A stretch of 61,841 bases of DNA, counting the filler, from Choristocarpus tenellus KU-1152 (taxonomy: Eukaryota > Protista > Phaeophyceae), in NCBI GenBank assembly GCA_964200185.2. It is 6 parts of 6 records of this genome, joined end to end, with 100 filler letters (N's around TTAATTAATTAA, not from the genome) between each part and the next. Parts side by side here need not be neighbours in the genome. Positions count along the whole stretch, not along the records: positions 1 to 15,898 come from CAXNAD020000910.1; 5 more parts are not named here. One strand, given 5' to 3'. Below are positions 1 through 12,273 of this stretch, piece after piece. The notes beneath the pieces are model-generated. The model made no database searches and was not told the origin of the DNA. It saw only the letters and a program-made list of their open reading frames with translations. Position numbers and translations under genes: made by a program. Within the stretch, counting starts at the first letter, position 1, and every line of letters begins with the position of its first letter.

Positions 1-147
1 GTCGTTGGATTTGAGTTGTACATCCTGGAAGGTGAGCATTGAGGGGCGCCTGTAACAGATGGACCCTTGGTAGGAACAGGTAGAATCGCATCTCCTTGTG
101 TAGACATGATGAAATGATGGGTCAGAAACCTTAGGTTCAATATATTA

Positions 148-959
148 TGTTAAAATATCGCCCAAATCGTCCAAGAGGATAAAGGTGATAAACCCAGCAA
201 GATTGCTTGATGTCTGTAGAGTGATTGATTAAAGCTAAGTGGGGCATGCAGCACCCCATAAAATAAGAAATATTTCCTTTCATATGAGAACTTTTCTCTT
301 ACAGCTGATCACTTGTAAAAGGTTCAGATAACTCAACCACTAATGATTGTTATTCTCTTACTCCATACATATTTTACCGTAACTGTCCGATAGAGTTGGA
401 AGAGTCTAATCGAACACCATGTTGTTGAGTGCAATTGAATACATGGGGCAGGGAGTTTGAGGGAGATTGGCTTCGAACGTTGATTTGATTTGAACTGCGA
501 GTCGTCTGTTCAGCCATCCAATGTCTTGCAGATGCTTTTCTTGGGAAGGTGTGCTATACATATGAGTGGATACATCGTAACGAGTATAATTTTACCCAAT
601 ATACAGTACGAATATACATATATGACACTGGTATCCTGTGGAGGGGTGGTGTAGATGTGGTGCTTGCTGCACCACCACAGCTCTATCGAAATGGGCTCAC
701 CAAGGGCAATGTTCAATACATATCTATATGTAACTACGCTTGAAGGCACATGGGAAGCACATACAGCAAGAGCGTCGCTTTGTCGTCGTTCAGGGACAAG
801 TATAAAGTGCCTACGACCACTCTTGATCGATATAGAATAGGTTTCTCTTATTATGACAATCCCTGGGTTTAAGATTAAAACACTCTTATATAAATATGAT
901 AGAATGGGGCGATATAAGAGGGGTTTTTTGTTGACCTTACCCTCTCCTATATTGGTACA
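148..959 (+). mobile_element. LTR-like dispersed repeat (probable solo LTR)
   Basis: 148-416 aligns closely with 39027-39296, and ~433-960 aligns with ~37357-37883. It starts TGTT and the shared homology ends near GGTACA. The copy at 39027 is preceded by a purine run (GAGGGG) resembling a polypurine tract. No TSD recognised. Confidence 0.55.
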
Positions 960-1101
960 CCTACTAAATGATTTTATCGTAGTAGTGAAGAGACTTTTGT
1001 TTCTTGTTGTATATAGAAATAAATTCGCCATACTCTTCATCAATACGTATCCTAGTGTGTGGGTCACACAACCACAACACCTCAACACCTCCAACAAGGA
1101 C

Positions 1102-4100
1102 ATGAGGTCGAAGGCATCTAGTCGTGCTGGAGGAAAAGGAAGACGAGGTGGTGGATTATCTGATCAAGTTGATGGGGGTCGTCGCCGTAGCCATGGTCGT
1201 GGTCAGGGCCGAGGGCACTTGTCTGGGCCAGAAGGTGACACAAGGGTTCAAGTCTCTTGCATTCATCTTCTTGATTCGTCCTTACTTTCCTGTGAATCGT
1301 GGACTTGTGCGGAAGCTCACTAATGGATGGACATGTCTTTGCTCTGATCCAAATTGTATTACCGCAGTGAGAACAAGAGATGATGGCTTTAAAACGCCAA
1401 AGGCGCTGATCAGATACATGGCCAATCGCTCCCGATCATCGTCTTTCGTTTGCCAGAATCCTAAGATGTTATGCAGCACTTTCCAACCATCCTCACATGC
1501 CTAGCCTTTGAAATAAATTAAATTATGCTTTATTCATTCCTTGTCCAGACGACCCTGGGAATCCGAACCTCTATACCGAGGTTGATAGGTTCCACATGGA
1601 GAAGGACAAGATCACCTTTGGGGAAGAGGGCAGCAACGACGATGACTCGGTAGGCTAATGCAGGGTTACTGCAAGAGCGTACCCTATGGTTGTCATTGTT
1701 CCCTCACCCTTCCAATACTTCGCACATGTTGGATGGCTATTTGTGCGGGTTCAATCGGCTACATATAACTTTTTCCGACACTGGAACACACCTCCCGTCC
1801 GTTCTAAGCTGTTATGCTGAATGATTTGAGTAAGATGAACCTGGGCACACTGCGTTTTTCCATTCTCTTTTTCGGTGTATTGATAGTACCTTTACGTACT
1901 GCAGCCTAAGTTTTCAATACTGACCACTACCTACTCCTACACCTGAACAAATTTTGTCGTTGCTCTTCATCAGCAAGGGTAGAGCAATGCCATCACATAT
2001 GAAGTCTAGTGGTAGCAAGCGGTAGGTTAGCAATATACTGGTGCTAAACTTGTTAAAGAAAAGTGTAATTTTTGCCCCAGGAACTACACCCGACATTGTA
2101 GAACACCCTTGTCCGCACAATATGTTACCATATTTACAGGATGAATCGGAGCAGGAGGAAGCGGTGATGGGCTTGGGGGACGGAGACAGCGATGATGGAT
2201 ATGATGACAGTGAAGATGATGATGAGGAGGATGACTCTGACGATTCTGGCAACTTAGACTTTCCAGAGGTGAGGGAACTAAGATATGGGTTGTGCGGATG
2301 CTTGATGCTGGTGCTTTGCACATTGTGACAACTGGAAAATATGCTGTTGCTGTGTTTGTCTATTCATCCTACCTCGACTGTACAACCTCCATCTATTAGA
2401 AAAACCATTCTATGGTGCGATGGAATTCACATTTTTTTCTTGACTGTGACATCTATGTACACAAGATATCCCAGGATATGTTACAATAATGAGGAAGCTG
2501 AAAGTACCCATAGTCACAGTACCTACAATACCGCAGATTTCCGTATCCTCTCGGTTTTATCTGCTCAATTTAAAAGTGTATTTTGAAAAAACATTAACTG
2601 ACAGTCGGAGTCGATGAACCTATTTGCCAGCCCAACTCTGATGGATAATAAAGGCTGCACCTCTATTTTGGATGAAGCTGTTGAGGACGATGATTTTGGA
2701 GCAGTTTCAGATGTGTTTTTGCAAATCTCCCCTCCTCAGCTTGTGCTCACACGACTAGAAGAGTTGCCAGCTCTGCTTCTTCTGTATTCCACTGTTCAAT
2801 AATTCACTCCATTTGCAGTATTCAATCTGATTTTCTGGTTTGCACTACTGGGTGGAATGTATGTGTTGATATAAACAACAGAAATATGAACCCCCTTCCT
2901 TCTGCTACGCTACTCTTAGGATATTGCATCAAGCAGTGCGTGGGTATTGGAGGTGTGTATATCCTAGGGTACGCAACTGGCACAATTGTTTGGGTATGCT
3001 GAAGTTGGGGACTGTTCGGTTTAGTCGCACACAAGCGATTACTCTCCTGGTGAATCTTTTTGTGTTGTTCTCACATTGTTTATTCCTGCCACCAAACCCT
3101 TCCGCAGCTTCCTGAGCATGTTCGCCGTGCTGCCATGGATGGAGCCTCCTCTTCCTCTGATGATAGTGATGGAGAAAACGCGAGGGGTCACAACCGACCT
3201 TTCACAGAAGGTTGGGGGAAGGGGAGGTAAGCAAGAATTGTTGGTGGGAATTGTTGCTTGCCTTTTCCTGGTGGAACTCCAATATGCCCTCTCTCCTCCC
3301 TTGTCTCTTCATTTTTCATATGCAAGAGTTGAGGTGTTGTTAAAAGAATCCTGTTCTTGCTGCCAGTGTCAAGATGTTTTTGCTATGGTCAAGCCATGAG
3401 TGTAGACGTGCAGTATATCCTTCTCACAAGAAAACTGGAGAGGGAGGTACCCTTATCCTCTCCCAAACACCTCAAGAACCCTTCCCATCCCTCCCGAGGG
3501 GTTTTGAGTGTTTAAATTCTTAGTGAAATATGTTGTGACCTTAAAGAGAGGATGCAGTGGGATGCGATAATGTCCGTAACAGCTGTGTTATTGAGGGTTA
3601 GAAATTTTGATGTACAACTTGACTGTGATGCTGCCACGTAACCCAACTTTGGTAGACCCTCTTCTGTGTCAAAAGTAGTATATATGTTATCATAAACTTT
3701 TGCTGCCGTTTCACGCCCAATCTTTTTTGATGATGTGCAAGGTCTGCCTACTATGATGCTGATACAGCCGATCTGGAGATAGGGCAGGAGTTTGATGATG
3801 CAGAGGCCGAAGAAGAGGCCGCATTGGAGCTGCAGAAGGCTAGCTATGCCCACCTTGAGGATGCAGACTTTGGGGAGGAGGAGGAAGAGAGCAAGGGCAG
3901 GTTGAAGAAGGGCAAGGAAGACCCCACAAATAAGCAAAATTCCGACAAGGATGAGCTTTCTGCCATGAAGGTTGACCTCGAGCAGATTGCACTTGGTACT
4001 GGGGGGCAGGTGAGCACAATGTGATAATGGTGGAGTGGGGGAACAAGGAGACTTTCCCTATCATTTTCTCAACCCTGCATAATCTCCGCTGCTCATTGTT

Positions 4101-6930
4101 TTATCAAATGATCACCTACGATTGCATTTGTGGAAGAATTTCCCTGGAATCCCGCTGTCTCTGAAGGGCATTAGTGCAACAGTGTCTTTTGCAATTGAGG
4201 ACAGAGTGCAGGGTGCATTTCACAGTTACATCTATGGGGTTGAACACGTGTTTTCCCTCCCAAAAATCTCACCCTTTCTCGAGTGTCTCGATTTATACCT
4301 GGGGAACAATACTTGACAACTTACCCACACTATATAGATCAATGCATTGAAGACTCCCTGTTCCGTATCCCACCTGCACCAGCAACCAACTGTTCAATGC
4401 TTGTATTTTTGCTTGTAACGGGTGTAACCTGTGGTCTTTTACTACCATCAAATTGTGGTGTGGGCTTCCCCCCTGGAGGTGGAAACTGCAGTTGTGAAAC
4501 GAAATACTTCTAGACTGAAGAAGCAAGACAAGCTGGCTCTGGTTATCTCGGAATCACCAGAGCTTCCTACCCTCCTGAGAGAGCTCCAGACGTGTCTAAC
4601 GGCGCTGACAGGCACTGTGCAGCCCCTGTTGGATAATATTACCAAGGAACTGGGAGCAAGTGAGGATGGTCTAAGTTATCTCCGAACACGGCAGCAGCTG
4701 CTCATGGCGTACTGTATCAATGTTTGCTTCTACATGCTCCTCAAGGTTGGTGTTGAATAATGCCGTTGAATGGGATACATGAGCGGAAAGTTTGGATGCA
4801 GGTCAACTGAGTGTTGAGGATGCAGGCGAGGGGTGGGATAAGAGATTTGAATGTGTCACAGGAGGAAAACAGCTTACAGAGGCAGAAGGCTACCCTTGCT
4901 CCAATCACCTTGCCTTGCCCTTCTCCACCCTTGTGTGGTTGGACATATCTATGCAAGCTTGATCTTAATGGATGAATCACCCTGTGTATGTGGCGCATGT
5001 GGATGGTTGTCTTAGTACTACAGTATCTGCCTTTCTCACCCACACTGCTGCCTGACTAATCATCTCCTGTGTCACATTTTATGTTTATATCAATTTCTAT
5101 GTTCCTGCTGACTCTTTGAAGGCCAAGGGTCAGCCATCAAAAGGACATCCGGTTGTGGAACGCCTCTTGTCGTATCGGGGGCTACTGGAAGAGATGGTGC
5201 CTATAGATAAGGCTGTGGAATCACAGACAGTCCTCCTGGTGCGAGCTCTGGCAGCTGGTATCGACCTTGCTGGGGTTGATGATGAGGGTCTCAATGAAGA
5301 GGAAGAACCTAAAGGCAGCCGCAAGCATGGGGAGGACAGAGGAAAGGAGGAAGATGGGGGGGTCAGAGAAGATGATGGTAGTGGCAGTAAAAGTGTGGAG
5401 CTGGACGAGGAAGGATTGGAAGAGGAAGAGTTACGGTTCATGGGTGGTGGAGGGGTTGTGGGTGAGGAGAACAAGAAGAGCAGGAAGAAAGGAAAGAAGG
5501 CTGAGGCAGTGGCAAAGGTTGGAGAGGAGACTTGGGGTCACGGTGAAGGGCTAGATGATTTTGGAGATATGGAAGAGGAGACTCAGGGTAGACGGCGTGG
5601 TTCCAAGAAGGTTATGATGGCTGCACCTGGAGCAAACCTACTCCAGGGCATGGTCAACCGCATCTCTCAGAGGGAGCAGTCAGCAGTGTCAAGGAAGGGG
5701 AAGGGCCTGCATGGTGATGTAGATGTTCCTGTTCGGGTGAAAGACAAGACCATTCGGGTCAGACGGCCTGCGCCTGGGGAGGGAGATGATGAAGAGGAAG
5801 ACGGGTTTGATTATGGTGATGATGGTGATGATGACATTGGACTTGGGCTTGGTGGTGGCTTCATGAGCGGACTGCCAGCAGAGGTTCTAGAGGCAATGGC
5901 ATCGGAAGGGAGAGGGAAGAGAAAAGGTAAAGCTAGGAGTGGGAAGAGGGGTAGAGATGATGTTGAAATGGTTGAGGGTGAAGTGGGGAATGAGGGCAAC
6001 CAAGTGGATGCTTCAGAGGCATATTATGCTGCTGTGGCAGCAGACAAGGCCAGCAAGAAGAAGACCAGGGAGTCAAAGTACAAGCCTACACCATTTGTCG
6101 CAGGCACCCTGGAAGAGGAATTAGAGGAGGAGAGGTTGAAGCGTGGGGGCGAAGACACCACAGGAGCCAAGCGTGGGGCCAGCTATGCCATCATGAAGAA
6201 CAGGGGGTTGACACCACACAAGAACAAGCTCAATCGGAATCCTCGGGCCAAGAAGCGAGAGGCCTTCCGCAAGGCCAAAATACGCCGGAAGGGACAGGTA
6301 CGAATTTGTTGTGTTTTGGGTATAATATGGGCTGATGTACATTTGTGGGTGAGGTTTAACTGACTAGGCTGCTGTGAATATTGTATGTTGGATGTGATAT
6401 AAGGGGAAGAGGAGGGATGGCAGTGGTAGTCTCAGGTTTAGCTACAGCCAGAACCTGTGATCACAATCATTTTTGATATCTGCAATTGCATTGAAACATC
6501 TCTCAGACATATCTATGGGAAGATTCTTGGGTTTCTACATATATATATATATATGGAGGCATTACTAGCAGGTAAAGCCCTCACTCATATCCGAACCATC
6601 CTCTGATCTGAATTACCCACGTTACCAGCTTTCATCATGTTGGCATTCGATGGCAGACTTCTCTGTTTTTCTCATGTGAGACCAAGAACCCGTATTGTCC
6701 TGCATGTATTCCTCTTACATACACTCTTCTTTCCAAGTTGCTTGTCTGCCCCTTCTCCAATCCTTTGTACACCCAGTTAGTCATCTTACGTCTACTCTTT
6801 GTGCACAACACATCCTACTATGCCTTTGGATCCCATCAGCGAATGCCCACATTTAAATTAATCTTGTAGTTCCTTTTCAGTCTGCACTTGGATTTCAGTG
6901 GCATTTGATGCACCCCTCCTCTCTTATTAT

Positions 6931-6977
<47 letters not shown>

Positions 6978-7092
6978 CATACTCTTGTGACTAAAGGTGC
7001 GGGAGATTCGAACAGGGGAGGCAGACTCCTACGGGGGAGAGGCAACAGGAATCAAGTCTGGGATCATACGCAGTCGGAAATTAACAGGGTGA
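1102..7092 (+). CDS. UTP3: Sas10/Utp3 family U3 snoRNP (SSU processome) protein, 8 exons
   Basis: Exons 1102-1234, 1549-1649, 2140-2268, 3108-3226, 3742-4009, ~4479-4745, 5122-6297, 6997-7092 join in phase. Motifs: EVDRFHMEKDKI, WGKGRSAYYDAD, ESPELPTLL, the C1D-like YLRTRQQLLMAYCINVCFYMLLKAKG..HPVVERL, and the Sas10 C-terminus KRGASYAIMKNRGLTPHKNKLNRNPRAKKREAFRKAKIRRKGQVREIRTGEADSYGGEATGIKSGIIRSRKL*. Confidence 0.93.
6934..6976. repeat. (CA)n microsatellite in the last UTP3 intron
   Basis: Directly visible dinucleotide run. Similar runs occur at ~17636-17669, ~18392-18435 and ~20783-20827. Confidence 0.95.
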
Positions 7093-7989
7093 TGAAAGCA
7101 AATAGTCATTTTTTTGGTAGGATTAATAGAAGAGTACATTGTGTTGCTGTATATGTTTTTTAGTTTCGTTTTATCATTTCAGTGGGTGGTTTGGGTAATG
7201 CCTTTCTTGTTGCAACCTGTTTAGTGTGCACTTTTTTCGACTTATAATGTGAGCAAAGCCCCAAGTTGGAAGTGGTAATAATGCTCCGGTGAACTTGAAC
7301 TTAATGGGTAATCTACACAATTCTTTGGCTCCTGCATTGGGTTAGCCTAAAGATGAAATGGAAAAGCTGTGCACCCATTCTCTCTGCCTAATGTCCTAGC
7401 ACAGATAGCTGTGGAAAGTCGATCAGAATGGTGTTATTGGAACAAGACTTTGTGTAGAGGCTGAGCAGTTTGTTGAATGGTGATAAACTGAGTTAGCTAT
7501 ATTGTCAAAACATATGTTTTTGTTTTCAGACCAATTCTGCAAGTTTAGACCGGAGGAAATATACTTCTCTGAACACATGCTTGGTGTGGTGCACAGTCTG
7601 GATGTAATTCCTTGCCAAAAGTACTTCTTAGTATTAATTGAAAAGAATAGTGCTGTATCAATCACCTAGCAAGAAGGCTGTGAATTGACTATTGCTGTCA
7701 ATTGCTACAACTCAATTATCAAAACAGAAAGGTTCGATATTTTACTTTTACTTTATTGTTTCTAGAAGCAAGAACCACATTGGATGAGGCCTTGCTGACC
7801 TTTCACTACTCCCTACATATCTTGGTCCATTGCGGGCAATGAATCTGCTTGATGCTTGTGGATATTTAAAGTCTGGAGACCTTAAAATTCCGTCTGCCGG
7901 GTATGTCCTCACAAATCCAGATTTGATGATGAGTCTTTGTTGAGCAAAACATGAGGAGAAGTTGATCTTGGACATCAATTGCAGGAGGG

Positions 7990-8760
7990 GATACTTTTGA
8001 CTGTGGAGAGAAGCACAGAAATTAGTGTGAGCAAAAAAAATTATTCTCACCAAACATCTCTGGAGGATAATGTTGTCCTGATTGGGCAAGTTTTGAATCT
8101 CATCTACGAGATGATCTGGTCTCATTGCCTTCCTGTTTGCAATAGCCCAAATTGCTTCAGCCACTTCCATCAATGTTGGTGCATCAGCAAGTGTCATGTA
8201 AGTGGACTGTCGATCTACATGTGGAACTCTATTGGGGCTGAGGATGACCAACTTGCCATTTGGAAGAACTTCAAAGTGTTGCCTCCATTCTATGACAAGT
8301 CCTGCTCTCAGTAGCCAGCCAGATTCGTCATGGATGTGTTGAGAGGCGCTCTCTCTCTCTTGTTCTCTCTACATTGAAACCTTCCAGGTGTTGGTAGAAA
8401 CCAGCTTGATCCTCACGGTGAATATGGTGCACCATCTTCTTGGAGTAGGTGTCAAGGAAATCCTGCAAGGTAGACCCCCTCACCCATCTGTTTGCCAGTG
8501 ACCAATCCCTTGTTGAAGATGGGTTTTGGGGGGCTTGTTGTGTGCTATAGTTGTTGTGTCTGTTCCTGCTCCTGCCAGACTTCACAGAAGGTTGGTCACT
8601 TTCACAACATCTTTGTGGCAACACTTTCCATATGGGGGGTGGCTGTACCTCTGAAGCAGGTTCTAACAACTCAGCTGTGTAGGAGGTATGAAGCTGCCAT
8701 CTTTCAACAAATTTTTGGAAGTGCATGTACTGTACCCTTGGCTATCACTTGTTCTTCTGC
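7990..8760 (-). mobile_element. Degenerate RTE-like LINE fragment (region between endonuclease and RT)
   Basis: The minus-strand translation TLADAPTLMEVAEAIWAIANRKAMRPDHLVDEIQNL matches the pre-RT motif PTxxEVxxAlxxMxNxKAxGPDxLxxE of RTE LINEs. Frameshifts and stops are present. Confidence 0.6.
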
Positions 8761-11700
8761 TGACAGGAGCTTTGCCACAATCACACCACCCAATTCTTTC
8801 CATCAAGGTGTATCTTAAGATCGGGAGTAAATCAGTCAAGGGGATAGATGAATACTGATATGATACGGCGATCTGATTCCATTCTATTTCTTTTACCCTA
8901 CTAACTACCTGTTGCACCATTAATAATACAACTAGTTGGACTGCTGTGTGCATGGCATGCCTTGATTTTTTCTCGTGGATTGGGTTCAGTCATCCCACCA
9001 ATCGTTGCTCCGCGTCCTCACCTGATTCTGGTGTACTCTCCCTTCATCTGCAATGAATGTTTGCGACCAAGATCCAGATCTTTCCTGGTATCCCTTTTTG
9101 CGGTTTAGCGCAAGATCGTAAGGTATATGCGTAGCTTTCCAATGTACCTGCCTTGTAGTCCATCGAAGTCAAATTTCCTGTGAAGAAAATCTGGTCTCTG
9201 CTATATATATTTTTCATCATTTTTCATGTTAGCGTGAGGGATCCAAGGCCCATGGTTGAAAAGGTACTCCGAAGAAGGCAGTACACGCTGCTTGAGAAAA
9301 GGCGACAAGGACCATGAGAAGAAAAGGAAGAATAGAAGCCTCAGAAGAACTCCTTGCGAGGTTCAGACCTGGGCAATCCCATGACGGAATGGAGGTGGGC
9401 AGCCACCAGAGGTACACGGACAAGTTCAGTTCCAATTGTCATGGACTGAAGTAACAATAACAAAATGGTGAAAGGTGGGCAGCACAAAATTCATCTCCAC
9501 TCGATCGAGGGGTGTGTCCAATCACTCGTTTGGAAGCAAGACTCTGCCTTGACTCTTGGCATTGCACAGTCAAGCAGACTAGACAGAAGGATTAACAGAG
9601 CAAAATGAGCTGTCATAGCCATTTCCAATGTGCCTTTAGGATATGGGGCTATTATCCCCAATACTAACACAACGTTTGGGCGCCATCTGCCCAGAGCCCA
9701 GCAGGTGTAGGCCACGCTGGTGGGACAAAGCCAAGAGAGAACCCACAATACATTATTACAAAAAGTGGACTAGTACCAATAGTCAAAATCCTATTTTGGT
9801 GCCACTTTCAAGTGTTGCTTAATTGGTATTATGATCATTATTGGTCATTGGTCAAAGACCGGGCATTGCCAGGTTCGGTGATGCAGTCAGTAGTGAATGA
9901 TTTTCTGTTAAGTGTATCGCATAAGAATAAAACAGAACAGTTTGCCACAAGCTAACTGCATATACTTCCAAGCAAAGTATGAACTAGAAAAAGGGTGGGT
10001 AGAGACGTTCAGCAGCAGTAGTGGCACAAGCGGTGCATAAGAGGATTTGTACTTGCCTTGCTTAGGACAAAGCAGGGTTCCTGAGGGAGAAATTCATCTT
10101 GCTCTTCCCTCAACCCAGTCGGCGAAAGTTTCTCGTTCAAAAAAGAACTACAGCGGTCCCACTCAAGGACAGATAGATACATACACATATTATGTAATAT
10201 GTAGCGGATGTTTTATCCAAAAGCATTAACAGCAATGGCAAGCAATGTAGCTTCTACTCCCAACTGGAAAAAAAAGTGCAATTACAACTACATTGCTTGA
10301 CCAAACTTCTTCCATTGGCACTACTGCAAAATAGGCAAAAAAAATATGAAGGAGAGACATGGGTGGGTCAGTGTTCTACTGGTTATCACGTTTGAGAAGA
10401 CTGGGACACAGACAATAACACAAAACCAAAGACAACACCACTCTATACATCACATAAAAAAATTACACTGCAGTCATTTCTCGGTTTTTGGAGAAAGGGC
10501 ATGGAGATGACGAAAGAGAGGTTAGATGCCAAATCACCTGTCAACTTCAAAGCACTGTACATGGCATTGTCAACAACCACGGTTTGATACTGCAGTAGAC
10601 AAAACAAGCGGAGAGACCTTAAACCTTATGAATACAATAAATGAACTTCATTCACACACAAGCAAATCGTTCTACTTCTTCCAACTCTAGTTAGTTGGTG
10701 ACTTCTCTCATTGCTTATTTATCCCCAAAGGGAAACCCAAGAAGCAACACTTCAGCAACTATTGCACACTGTGACGTAAGTCTGGACAAAGAGGAAAACA
10801 AAACACTGCTGAATGATTCCGTCCTCTTGTGTGCGTTGCTTGGGAGGTAGCCTAAAAGTTGCCCTCACCGATCCATACACCTCTTGATAGGGCACCAAAA
10901 TATTCCCTAATCACACCTGCAGCCAATTTCTTTATTAAGCAGTTCAATAAATCAATACATGGATATATATATGTATGTATTTGAACTGGTTATCAACAGA
11001 ATGCTGTGAATTTGATTCTAAACAAGCCACACTAACACTAAAAGTAACAGTGCAGAAGACACTGTTCCATGGGCACCAAATTCATGTGCAGCAGCATCGG
11101 TGCTGAGAAACGTATCACCACCTCCACCTAATTTGATTATTAGGAGACCTGCACAACAACCTTCATGGTGACATCTCAGCAAGTCTCAGATTATGTCACA
11201 AACCCCTCCTGTTGTACGAGAGCCTAACTCCCAGGAGCTATCACTCCTGCCCCTGCAGCTGACACAGAAGAAGGCCGAGGCAGGACAGTGGGGGAGTCAG
11301 AAGTTCCCTGCGCAGACAACATAGCCTCTGCTCCACCGTCAGGCAGTGTAAGGTGGTAGCCAGCCTTCTTTCCAAGGGTGAAGGTGACCAGGCACTGTTT
11401 CCTGAGGGATTGAAAGAACTGGGAGGCAAGCAGGCAGGGAGCCAGCATTATCGAAGGCTGTATGGAAGAGCATATGGAGGTTTGAACAAAATGCCAAAAA
11501 CGTCCAACTCTTGCATCACTGACAGTTATACGTGAAGAGTCACCTGCAAAAATGTTCTGTGTTCATCCCTATCAGTGTTCAGTTTAATAGTGTTAACCAC
11601 AACCGGGAGGGAGAATTTCTTCGAAAAAATGCGCCCCCTATAGTATTTGAATGCTGTTACCACTTGTTAAGAAATTCAAAATCCACATCCAGTCGTACGT

Positions 11701-12273
11701 CTTTGTCCTACACATAATATTTGTTTTCCCAGTGTGCCCTGTACTGCTAGAGCTCTATACCATCGAGTTTCCTGCCCTGTACGCCTGTCCTCAACCCCTC
11801 AACCAAATTCCACAAGGCAATGTTCAGCACCTAGATGAGGCAATCCTCCTTCTTACATGTTACAGCATCAAGAGCAATCATGTACTTCCATTCTGCTTCT
11901 CACACGGGGGACCCTGCAAGCAAAGGCTGTACCCATGATACACACATGGACACCCAAAGAAAAGGTTCAAGATAACCATCTCTAAGCGATTGAAACGCTG
12001 ACATAAATCTCTTCCCGACCCTTAAAAAAAATGGAAAACCCAACCGAAATAAACTCTACCGCCACCTTGTACTTGGCTTCACAAGGTTGCGTATCACTGT
12101 ACATTGTACATGGACCTCCCCGTAGCGGCCGCTATGATTCCAACACAGAACAGGCATCAGGCAGAATCTTTGAGTGAAACCGGCAAGCAACTAAGGGCAG
12201 AAAGGGACTGTTGGTTTGCAACTCTGCGTAGAGATCTAATTTTTTTTCACGCCTCGCAATGAATGTTTCACAC

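Noticed and set aside
510-1103. 197-aa minus-strand ORF and other ORFs within 510-1000
   Set aside because: They lie in the dispersed LTR-like repeat. The homologous copy at 37357-37883 does not keep the frame, and there is no recognisable domain.
11224-11545. Candidate terminal exon of the bestrophin gene
   Set aside because: I could not find a phase-consistent, motif-supported junction from 12274, so it is left unassigned.
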